Shown: positions 39,188-47,147 of the stretch, piece by piece
Layout: every line of letters starts with the position of its first letter
Position numbering within the stretch: the first letter of the stretch is position 1
Source: Chloroflexota bacterium
Lineage (GTDB): Bacteria > Chloroflexota > Dehalococcoidia > UBA2247 > RBG-13-53-26
Direction of reading: 5' to 3'
Assembly (NCBI GenBank): GCA_003551705.1
Contig: PUNJ01000117.1
Coordinates: forward strand, 8,041 to 72,040
DNA: 64,000 bases
Notes under the pieces: model-generated
What the model saw: the letters and a program-made list of their open reading frames with translations, nothing else
Database searches by the model: none
What the model was told of the DNA's origin: nothing
Position numbers and translations under genes: made by a program

Positions 39188-41368
39188 GTGTTAACCCCGC
39201 CAATGGACATACTTGCCGATCTTAACCCCCCACAGCGACAAGCCGTTGAGGCCGTAGAGGGACCGCTTCTCATCCTGGCGGGCCCCGGCAGCGGCAAAAC
39301 CCGGGTTATCACCCATAGAATAGCGCACCTCACCACCATCTGGGATATCAAGCCACACCGGATTATGGCCGTTACCTTCACCAATAAGGCCGCCAGGGAA
39401 ATGAAAGAGAGACTGAGTGTCTTGATGGGCGAAAGGGCAAAGTCTCTAACCGTAGGCACATTCCACGCCATATGTGCGTCCATACTGCGCAGGGACGGTG
39501 CGGCTGCCGGAATAGACCCCAAGTACGTCATCTATGATGATGCTGACCAGCTCGCATTGATGAAAAGGTGTATGCAGGAGTTGTGCATAGATCCAAAGAC
39601 GCATCCCCCCAAACCACTCCTGAGCGCCATAAGCCGGGCGAAGAGCCAGCTACTCTCGCCCGGGGACTGCTCTCTTCGCATAGAAAGTTACTTCGAGGAA
39701 GTGCTTCACCGGGTCTACACGCACTACCAGGACCTGCTGAGTGCCAACCATGCGCTCGACTTCGATGACCTGCTAATGATGACCCATCACCTTTTTGACA
39801 AGCACCCAGACGTCCTCTCCAAGTATCAGTCACGCTATCTGCATGTGCTCGTTGATGAGTTCCAAGATACAAACATAACGCAATATGCCCTGCTCAGGCA
39901 GTTTGCCGGCAAGCACCGCAATATCTGTGTAGTGGGCGATCCGGACCAGTCCATTTACTCTTGGAGACATGCCGATATCAGAAACATTCTCAATTTCGGT
40001 AAAGACTATTCCGAGGCCAAGACCGTGTATCTGGAGCAGAACTACCGTTCTACCAAGGGCATTCTTGCCGCAGCGCACGGCGTTATAGCCGTGAACCGCG
40101 ACCGAATCGATCACGGCCTCTGGACCGAGAACGAAGAGGGTTCGCCCATTACCATTGTAAAAGCACCCAGTGAGACAAGCGAAGCCCAGTTTGTAGTCGG
40201 CGAAATACAGCGATTGATGGCATCTGGCGAAGCCCGGGCACGCGACTGCGCCATAATGTACCGCACCAATGCCCAATCAAGAGTTGTGGAGGAGTGCTTT
40301 GTCCGTTATGGTATCCCCTACCAGCTGGTAGGCAGCATTCGTTTCTACGAGAGGCGCGAGGTCAAGGACATGATCGCCTACCTGCGTGTCCTCCATAACC
40401 CCTTTGACGGTATCAGCTTGCTCAGGATCATCAATACGCCAGCCAGGAACATCGGCCAGAAAACAGTTGAGCGATTGTCCCAACTGGCGCAATCTCAGGG
40501 AGTTCCTGTCTTTGTGGCCCTCCAGAGACTACTCCAGTCTTCCGAGGTGCCAGCTGGATTAACTAGCAGGGCCGTAAGGGCGCTCGAGGCATTCTGGGAG
40601 CTTATTACTCAACTGATAGCAGAAAGCCAGGAAATGGACCTGGTCGACCTATTGGATGCGGTCATTAACAAAACAGGCTACCAGACCTACCTGGACAACC
40701 TGGAAGATGGGGGCGAACGCTGGGAAAACCTGCTCGAATTGCGAGGTCTGGCCAATGAGTACGCAGCGTTAGGACCCGCTGAAGGGCTGGCTGCTTTCCT
40801 TGAAGGCGTGATGCTCTTCTCGGATACCGACGAACTCGACGAAAAGAGAGATGTTGCCACCCTGATCACGTTACACCAGGCAAAAGGGCTGGAATTTCCA
40901 GTGGTCTTCATACTGGGTGTGGAGGAGGGGGTCCTGCCCCATTCCAGGTCTCTAAATGATCGGTCCCAAATGGAAGAAGAACGCCGCATATGTTATGTCG
41001 GCATGACCAGGGCCAAGAAGCGGCTCTACCTGGTCCGTGCTACAGAAAGAAGGCTGCTGGGAGAGATGAAGTCGAACCCGCCTTCCCGATATCTAAGGGA
41101 CATACCTGGGAACCTTTGCCAAGAGATTGACCTGAATTGGAGCATGGATACCTGCGCGCCCCCGGAAACGAAACAGCGTCAGGCGGAATATGATGCGGGC
41201 GATTACGTCCGCCATGCAAAGTTCGGGGATGGCGTCATCGTAAGTTGTGCTCCTACCAGGGATGACCAGGAGTTACTAATTGCCTTCGAGAAGGTGGGGA
41301 TGAAGAAGCTTTTGGCAAGCGTAGCACCCTTGGAGAGAATGTCATCGCCGGAACTACTTGACGACTAA
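39188..41368 (+). CDS. uvrD: ATP-dependent DNA helicase UvrD/PcrA (SF1)
   Basis: 726 aa; Walker A GPGSGKTRV, motif II VLVDEFQDTN, all SF1 motifs. Confidence 0.9.
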   Translation: MLTPPMDILADLNPPQRQAVEAVEGPLLILAGPGSGKTRVITHRIAHLTTIWDIKPHRIMAVTFTNKAAREMKERLSVLMGERAKSLTVGTFHAICASILRRDGAAAGIDPKYVIYDDADQLALMKRCMQELCIDPKTHPPKPLLSAISRAKSQLLSPGDCSLRIESYFEEVLHRVYTHYQDLLSANHALDFDDLLMMTHHLFDKHPDVLSKYQSRYLHVLVDEFQDTNITQYALLRQFAGKHRNICVVGDPDQSIYSWRHADIRNILNFGKDYSEAKTVYLEQNYRSTKGILAAAHGVIAVNRDRIDHGLWTENEEGSPITIVKAPSETSEAQFVVGEIQRLMASGEARARDCAIMYRTNAQSRVVEECFVRYGIPYQLVGSIRFYERREVKDMIAYLRVLHNPFDGISLLRIINTPARNIGQKTVERLSQLAQSQGVPVFVALQRLLQSSEVPAGLTSRAVRALEAFWELITQLIAESQEMDLVDLLDAVINKTGYQTYLDNLEDGGERWENLLELRGLANEYAALGPAEGLAAFLEGVMLFSDTDELDEKRDVATLITLHQAKGLEFPVVFILGVEEGVLPHSRSLNDRSQMEEERRICYVGMTRAKKRLYLVRATERRLLGEMKSNPPSRYLRDIPGNLCQEIDLNWSMDTCAPPETKQRQAEYDAGDYVRHAKFGDGVIVSCAPTRDDQELLIAFEKVGMKKLLASVAPLERMSSPELLDD

Positions 41369-42100
41369 GGCTGCTTGGGAAACGTCTGCCGGCAATCGTT
41401 TCTTCCGGGAAGCCCACTGGCGTTGCAGCCATTGAAGCGCCTTCTTCGTATCGCTGGCTACCCTTTCTTTGTCGGAGTTTTCTATCCTGTATTTGAAGAG
41501 CCAGTAGCTAAACTCCTTCGATTCCGTGAGTGAGATGATATCCTTCTCCTCGTAGCCGTGTTCCAGCCTGAATTTCTTCATAAGACTGTGCATGTCGCTG
41601 CCGTAAACCCTTATGTAGGCCTCTCGCTGGGCATTTTCGTCCTGATTTGTCATATACGGACGCCGTTCACGAAGGACCTCGTCCTCTATTGCAGCTACTA
41701 ACACTTCTTCGACTACAATGCCGTACAGAAAATTGAGATAGGCCCGGTATTTGGTCTGCCCTATGAGATGGCAGAATTCCTCCCGGGGTATCTCTATGGG
41801 AGGGATGGCAAAAAATAGAAGATTTTCCTTTTCTTCCTCCGGCAGCAGGTCCGCCACTTCCAGGCAGAGTCGTTCTGCAAGCAACAACCAGTCGAAGGCG
41901 TCACCACCTATCAAGTATTCATAGTGATGCCCGTCAATATTCTCCTCACCACTGCCCCAAAGGCCTATGGCTTCGAGCAGGGCGATATACCAGTGCTTGC
42001 CCGCGGCGATGGACTGCTTCAGGTGCTGTATGGCTTCGGCATCGGCCGGACAACGTTCTATCGATTTCTCTGCCATAAGCTTCAATTCTAACATGATCAT
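41354..42100 (-). CDS. hypothetical protein (no recognisable domain)
   Basis: 248-aa ORF convergent with and overlapping the uvrD 3' end by 15 nt; acidic, Tyr/Trp-rich. Confidence 0.4.
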   Translation of the reverse strand: MIMLELKLMAEKSIERCPADAEAIQHLKQSIAAGKHWYIALLEAIGLWGSGEENIDGHHYEYLIGGDAFDWLLLAERLCLEVADLLPEEEKENLLFFAIPPIEIPREEFCHLIGQTKYRAYLNFLYGIVVEEVLVAAIEDEVLRERRPYMTNQDENAQREAYIRVYGSDMHSLMKKFRLEHGYEEKDIISLTESKEFSYWLFKYRIENSDKERVASDTKKALQWLQRQWASRKKRLPADVSQAALVVK

Positions 42101-42231
42101 CCCGCTGAGGCTAGACGGGGATGGAGGTGATGCAGTTGGCGGATTTACCTGCTAAGGCGCGAGGCTGCCACGTAAATGCTTTGTCTTATGAGTACCGAAA
42201 CCAGTCTTGGACAGGAATGCGCCGGACAGCC

Positions 42232-44490
42232 TCAGTGGCGCCGGTCCTTATATCGCCTGGCTGCAGCCCTTGTCAGGCCATAGCCGGTACAAATCACGAT
42301 ACCGGTGATGCCCCAGCCAATCATGAGTTCCGTCCCCGATGGAGCCGAGTCAACCGCGGGACAGTCACAGGCTCCACCGGCAGCCGCACCCCTCCCCACT
42401 ACGATATAGTCCTCTTTCACCATGGTATCCGATCCCCCCGGTCCCGTTACGGTCAGGGTCACCGTCCAGGTGCCTTCGGGCAGGTTTGCAGCCGGATTCT
42501 TGTCAGTCGAACTGGCCGATCCACCTTCGGTCTGGAAGACCCACTTCCAACCGGTGATCTCGCCTGTAGATTGACAGGTAAACTGCACCGTTAGAGGTGA
42601 TCCGCCGGTCCTCGGCTCAGCAGAGAAACTCGCCGTCGGTGCCGGAGGCTTCGACTGAGTAGTGAAGGAGGTCTCTAAAGACCAATCGGACCAGAGGCCG
42701 TGACTGTCCTGGTATCGTACACGCCAGTAATACTCATCCTCATAGTCAAGATTGCCGCGGGGGACGGCGATACTCGTCAACGACCTGTCGCCCTGGTTAT
42801 CGAACACGTTACCGTGATCCCCGTCTACCTCCCTTATCTGCCAGTGAGATGCGGCATGGCTGTTGTCAGGCTCTGCATGCACGAAGGCGGAACCCCGGAG
42901 CGTGGGAGTAGCACTTACGTTAGTGGCCCCGTGTACCGGAGAGACATTGGCAGGCTGGTCCGGTGCTACCTGCTTGGTGGTGAAACTCGTCTGCGTGGAA
43001 TAGGAGGACCAAGACCCGTGATTATCCTGATGGCGGACCCTCCAGTAGTATGTTTGGTTGTAACCAAGCAAGCCTGACGGAACCTCTATACTGGTCAAAG
43101 CGGAAGCATCTGCACCGCTATCGAACACCGGAGCACTGAAGTCGCCCGAAATGGCACTGATCTGCCACTGGGACGCCGCATGTGTGTCCCCCTCATCAGG
43201 GTCGAAGAAGTCCGCCGATTCCAGCGTAGGCTCGGCTTCTTGCCCGCTTGCCCCGGCAACGGGTTTGAGATTGGCCGGCTGGTCAGGAGGATTGCTTAGC
43301 TTTATGAGCCACACATCTCGGTCGCCGGCACCAAAGGACGAGGTTTCACCAACGACGACATACCCTCTGTCGAGGGACTGCCAAATACCCCACGCCCTAT
43401 CAGCTCCTACGCCACCCAGGACCTGTGACCACGTCACATTCCCGGAGGAATCGGTCTTGACCACCCATACATTAGGTCCGCCTGTCTTAAAGGATGATGT
43501 TTCCCCGACAAAGATATAGCCCCCGTCTGCAGTATGGCGGAGTGCGCGGCAGAAATCGTCCTCGGCACCACCATAGGTACGCTCCCATTGCCTGTTTCCT
43601 GCCGAGTCCGTCTTGATCAACCAGGCATCATACAGGCCTGCGCCCTTGGAGTATGTGCTTCCACCTATAATGAACCCTCCATCTGTGGTTGGCTGAATGG
43701 AGGAACCAATATCAACCTGATCGCCCCCGAAAGTCCTTTCCCAAAGCAGCTTGCCGTCTCTGTCCACCTTGATCAGGTATATATCCGAACTCGCTTCGGC
43801 CTTCGAGTAGGTCTGTCCAATGACCACGTGACCGCCACCAATCTCAATAATGTCATAACCTCTGTCGGCCTTGCTGCCCCCGTAGTTCATCTCCCAAACC
43901 AGATTTCCATTTTCATCAGTCTTGATCAGATAGACATCCTCTTCCCCTACCCCATGAGATGTCGTCCAGCCGGCGATAATATACCCACGGTCCGTCGTTT
44001 GTCGCACAGCACGGCCGACGTCCCACCCATCGCCGCCAAACGTCGCTTCCCATTCCAGTTCACCGGCACTATCTGTCTTGACTAACCATACCTTCTCCAA
44101 CCCGTCTCTGGCCGTGGTTCCGCACAATATGTAGCCATCGTCGTGTGTTTGCTGAACTGACCACACTTCTTCACGAAACGAGCTACCGAAGGTCTTCAAC
44201 CAGGTCTCGGTTCCATCAGCTGCAGTCTTGATCAAGAGTGCCTGAGACGTGCCTCCAAAAGAGGCTGTTGTACCTGCAATGATCAACCCGCCATCCCTGG
44301 TCTGCTGAACTGCATTGCCAACATCTGCCTGAGTCCCTCCATAGGTCCTGCCCCACACCATGCCGGCCGTCGCACCCGTACCAGCATGAGCATCGTCGGC
44401 AGGTAGTATAACGGCAGGCATCGCAACGCAGACAGCCATCAAAAAACTGACTATGACCAGAACTGCCCTTGACGCTCCACGTCGTCTCAT
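42232..44490 (-). CDS. secreted/surface-anchored multidomain protein: eight ~48-aa beta-propeller-like repeats, two FN3-like modules, PKD domain, C-terminal TM anchor with basic tail
   Basis: 752 aa; signal peptide. Repeat unit of the form YGG...D.G...QT.DGGYII.G.T.S.G....D.WLIKTD..GN..WE.T repeated 8 times. Two ~100-aa modules ending ...SFTT. PKD-like PLTVQFTCQSTGEITGWKWVF...GTWTVTLTVTGPGGSD. C-terminus LMIGWGITGIVICTGYGLTRAAARRYKDRRH. Confidence 0.7.
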   Translation of the reverse strand: MRRRGASRAVLVIVSFLMAVCVAMPAVILPADDAHAGTGATAGMVWGRTYGGTQADVGNAVQQTRDGGLIIAGTTASFGGTSQALLIKTAADGTETWLKTFGSSFREEVWSVQQTHDDGYILCGTTARDGLEKVWLVKTDSAGELEWEATFGGDGWDVGRAVRQTTDRGYIIAGWTTSHGVGEEDVYLIKTDENGNLVWEMNYGGSKADRGYDIIEIGGGHVVIGQTYSKAEASSDIYLIKVDRDGKLLWERTFGGDQVDIGSSIQPTTDGGFIIGGSTYSKGAGLYDAWLIKTDSAGNRQWERTYGGAEDDFCRALRHTADGGYIFVGETSSFKTGGPNVWVVKTDSSGNVTWSQVLGGVGADRAWGIWQSLDRGYVVVGETSSFGAGDRDVWLIKLSNPPDQPANLKPVAGASGQEAEPTLESADFFDPDEGDTHAASQWQISAISGDFSAPVFDSGADASALTSIEVPSGLLGYNQTYYWRVRHQDNHGSWSSYSTQTSFTTKQVAPDQPANVSPVHGATNVSATPTLRGSAFVHAEPDNSHAASHWQIREVDGDHGNVFDNQGDRSLTSIAVPRGNLDYEDEYYWRVRYQDSHGLWSDWSLETSFTTQSKPPAPTASFSAEPRTGGSPLTVQFTCQSTGEITGWKWVFQTEGGSASSTDKNPAANLPEGTWTVTLTVTGPGGSDTMVKEDYIVVGRGAAAGGACDCPAVDSAPSGTELMIGWGITGIVICTGYGLTRAAARRYKDRRH

Positions 44491-44580
44491 GACATCACCG
44501 GCCGGATAGCGCGTTCAAGCTGTGATAAGCTGGCCTTAAATGGGATCCAATCTGTAGACGGATGTTCTAGCAGCATGACT

Positions 44581-44601
44581 AGCCGGTCGCTGTCACCGGC
44601 T
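44581..44601. promoter_or_regulatory. perfect inverted repeat AGCCGGT-N7-ACCGGCT in the 5' leader of the surface-protein gene
   Basis: Lies between a TTGACA -35-like element (minus strand, about 44650) and the ATG at 44490; no T-run, so operator-like rather than terminator. Confidence 0.3.
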
Positions 44602-44768
44602 CCCCCCTTCAGTCTGCCCTCATAGATATCATACCGCTGCACGTTTTGTCAATGGCCTGGTAGATGGAGAACAGGCTTTGCAGCTTGCGACCAACCGCCG
44701 GCTCATTGCCCAGTTTAGTAATTGACCAGCATGGCTCACGCAGGACCGCCTGTGAAAGCGGCAATGAC

Positions 44769-45155
44769 CTAATGGGAAGACCAGTGATCGTAGACCCTCT
44801 GGAGTTCCTGCATCCAGAAGCAACGCTTTGCCGTCTCGGCTCTTCCGTCCAACCTGCCCAGCATCACAGCCGCTCTGAAGTACCCTTCGCCAGGCATGCC
44901 CGTGTCTTTGCGGACAACGACAGAGCCGAGCATGGGCCGGCCTTCATCCACCTCGCCCTTGCAGCAAGCCTGCAGTAGCAGCCTGAGCCGGCACCGATCT
45001 CTACCCAGTAGCCCCATGCCCGTCCTTCGGGCCAGCTCACTGTAGGAAATGAGCCTCCCTGCTCGGGCTGTTTCAACGAGGATATCGTAAATCTGCTCCA
45101 TTACATGAGTATACTCCATCAATGGAGGCAGCTGCAGTACCATCACCAGGCACAC
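44769..45155 (-). CDS. small MGMT-fold (PF01035-like) DNA-binding protein lacking the PCHR alkyl-acceptor motif (Atl/YbaZ-like?)
   Basis: IYDILVETARAGRLISYSELARRTGMG resembles the HTH of O6-alkylguanine transferases (VWxxLxxIPxGxxxTYGELA), but the PCHRV site is replaced by RPMLGSVVVRKDTG. Start may be an internal Met (about 45101). A competing plus-strand ORF 44664..44978 looks less protein-like. Confidence 0.35.
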   Translation of the reverse strand: MCLVMVLQLPPLMEYTHVMEQIYDILVETARAGRLISYSELARRTGMGLLGRDRCRLRLLLQACCKGEVDEGRPMLGSVVVRKDTGMPGEGYFRAAVMLGRLDGRAETAKRCFWMQELQRVYDHWSSH

Positions 45156-45279
45156 TCCTCGTCAATCTGGCCGGTCCGGCCATGGTGAATCCAGAAGCTG
45201 CAATCGTCAGCGCCAGGGGCATGCCTTTGACTGATACAGGCGACCACCGGTATACTTACCTCGCCTCCAGGAACGTCAG

Positions 45280-46005
45280 GTGATGAAAAAGACCTCAGAA
45301 AGACTCGTAATATGGATGAGAGAACAGGTTTTGACGGCCGGATGCAAGGGTACTGTCGTTGGGCTAAGCGGCGGGGTTGATTCGGCCGTAGCTGCCGCCC
45401 TATGCAGGATTGCCTTCCCCCAGACGAATTTGGCCCTTATGCTCCCCTGCCACAGCATACCCGACGATCTCAGGCATGCGGAGATGGTAGCTGAGACACT
45501 CGACATCCCGACACAGACCATCTACTTGGATGAAGTGTATGACGGACTCAGGAGACTGCTGGCCGGCGACCAACTTGATCCAGAGACAGCTGGACCAGCC
45601 GAAAGCAATCTGAAGCCCAGATTGCGCATGACCGCATTGTACTACTATGCATCACGCACACACCGCTTCGTCGTAGGCTGTTCCAACAGGTGTGAACTGG
45701 AAATAGGGTATTTCACCAAGTATGGTGACGGGGGAGCGGATATACTGCCGCTGGGTAATCTACTCAAGTCCCAGGTAGTGGACCTGGCCGGACAACTTGG
45801 TGTGCCCGAAGAAATCGTCGCTAAACCCCCTTCAGCTGGGCTATGGCCGGGACAGACCGACGAGGCTGAAATGGGGCTCACCTATGCCCAAATAGAGGAC
45901 TATCTGACCGGCAAAGAGGTACCCGGCGATGTGGCCAAGAGGATCCAACAAAGGGTGGCGGCCAACGCTCACAAGCGGCGCATGCCGCCCGTCCCTGACT
46001 TCTAG
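45280..46005 (+). CDS. nadE: NH3-dependent NAD+ synthetase
   Basis: 241 aa; PP-loop SGGVDSAV. Confidence 0.85.
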   Translation: MMKKTSERLVIWMREQVLTAGCKGTVVGLSGGVDSAVAAALCRIAFPQTNLALMLPCHSIPDDLRHAEMVAETLDIPTQTIYLDEVYDGLRRLLAGDQLDPETAGPAESNLKPRLRMTALYYYASRTHRFVVGCSNRCELEIGYFTKYGDGGADILPLGNLLKSQVVDLAGQLGVPEEIVAKPPSAGLWPGQTDEAEMGLTYAQIEDYLTGKEVPGDVAKRIQQRVAANAHKRRMPPVPDF

Positions 46006-46018
46006 AGAGCAGCGCTGC

Positions 46019-46705
46019 CTATTGATGTACCGCTTCTATTTCGCCCTTCAGGTAAGCCTCGTTCACCTGCTTTGCCGGGTGTAACTGTACGCTATAGTCC
46101 TTCAGCGGGGCCAGTTCTTCCATCTTGTCCAAACGTCCCTGCTTGGACAACCGCTCGTATATCAGTGCCCACGCACAATCCCTCTCCGTGCTGGTCTCAC
46201 ACTTGCCCTCTTTCTGACCGCCGCACTGGCCGTTGACCAGACCCTTTGGACACCTGGCAATAGGACAGATGCCGCCATAATCGGCAAGCAGGCAATTACC
46301 GCAGGCACGGCACCGCTCCGACCAGACACCCTCCGCCTCCGCAACCCCTATGAAACGCGTATTCAGTCCGGGGACCACCGGCTGCGTCTCCAGCATATCA
46401 GCCACCAGTTGCACGCCCGCGCCACAGGCCAGAGAGAGGACCGCCTCGACACCCCTGGCCTTCTCCAGAATAGGCTCGATATACTCTCTGTCGCACTGCC
46501 GCTGTATGGTGGCTTCTTCAATCTTCACATTGCCATTCTTCAACTGCGCGGCCATCCTTAGCTGCGAGGCCAGCAGTTCCACTTCCTTCTCGCCGCCAGC
46601 CATGCATACGCTGACACACGTCCCGCATCCAAGGACCAGCAGACTCTTGTAGTCCTTGACCCGCTCCTGGATTTCTTCGAAAGGTTTTCTCTCACCAACA
46701 ATCAT
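46019..46705 (-). CDS. MetV-like Cys-rich protein (MTHFR C-terminal zinc-ribbon domain family) with extra N-terminal CGTC module
   Basis: 228 aa; CRACGNCLLADYGGICPIARCPKGLVNGQCGG...GKCE matches the MetV / PF12225 pattern; 4-nt overlap with the mvhD stop. Confidence 0.55.
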   Translation of the reverse strand: MIVGERKPFEEIQERVKDYKSLLVLGCGTCVSVCMAGGEKEVELLASQLRMAAQLKNGNVKIEEATIQRQCDREYIEPILEKARGVEAVLSLACGAGVQLVADMLETQPVVPGLNTRFIGVAEAEGVWSERCRACGNCLLADYGGICPIARCPKGLVNGQCGGQKEGKCETSTERDCAWALIYERLSKQGRLDKMEELAPLKDYSVQLHPAKQVNEAYLKGEIEAVHQ

Positions 46706-47127
46706 CCTGCTTTTTCCTTTCTCAAGGGATTAGGCCCCAGATCGCGGGCCCTCTGGGTCATCTCGTTGCAGGCGGACGCAAACATCGGCGCATCAGACGC
46801 CCCCAGGTTATACATCTCTACTCTGTCAGGTTCCAGGCCGATCTCCTCGAGGAGTTTCTTGGCTTGCTTGACTCTTTTCTTGGCTCTCAAATTTCCTTCC
46901 AGGAAATGACAATCACCTTCCTCTCAGCCGGCGACGAAGGCGGCATCCGCCCCTTCGGCCAGAGCCTGAAGGAGGTGTATGGTATCAACTTTGCCCGTAC
47001 ACTCGAGCTTCACAATCCGCACATTCGGCGAATACTCCATGCGCATGGAGCCTGCCAGGTCGGCTGCCGAATAGGCACAATAGTGACAGCAGAAAGCCAC
47101 CACCTTTGGTTCGAAAGGCTCACCCAC
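46702..47127 (-). CDS. mvhD: MvhD (methyl-viologen-reducing hydrogenase delta subunit family) with in-frame TGA at 46924..46926: predicted selenoprotein
   Basis: ORFs 46924..47127 (MGEPFEPKVVAFCCHYCAYSAADLAG...EGADAAFVAG) and 46702..46890 are contiguous in one frame through a single TGA. Read-through gives ...AAFVAG-U-EEGDCHFLEGNLRAKKRVKQAKKLLEEIGLEPDRVEMYNLGASDAPMF..., i.e. the MvhD VAGC-x-GDCHY motif with Sec at the first Cys. Confidence 0.75.
46891..46907 (-). promoter_or_regulatory. candidate bacterial SECIS hairpin 16 nt downstream of the mvhD UGA
   Basis: RNA: AUUUCC-UGGAA-GGAAAU, a perfect 6-bp stem with 5-nt loop carrying GG; position fits bacterial SECIS spacing. Confidence 0.4.
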
Positions 47128-47147
47128 GGTACTCTCCTTTCTCTTCG

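Noticed and set aside
46702-47127. mvhD as a pseudogene or sequencing frameshift
   Set aside because: The interruption is a single TGA with the frame maintained, located exactly at the conserved Cys of a family known to contain Sec, and followed by a hairpin. A random stop would be very unlikely to hit that codon. A read-level error cannot be excluded without raw data.
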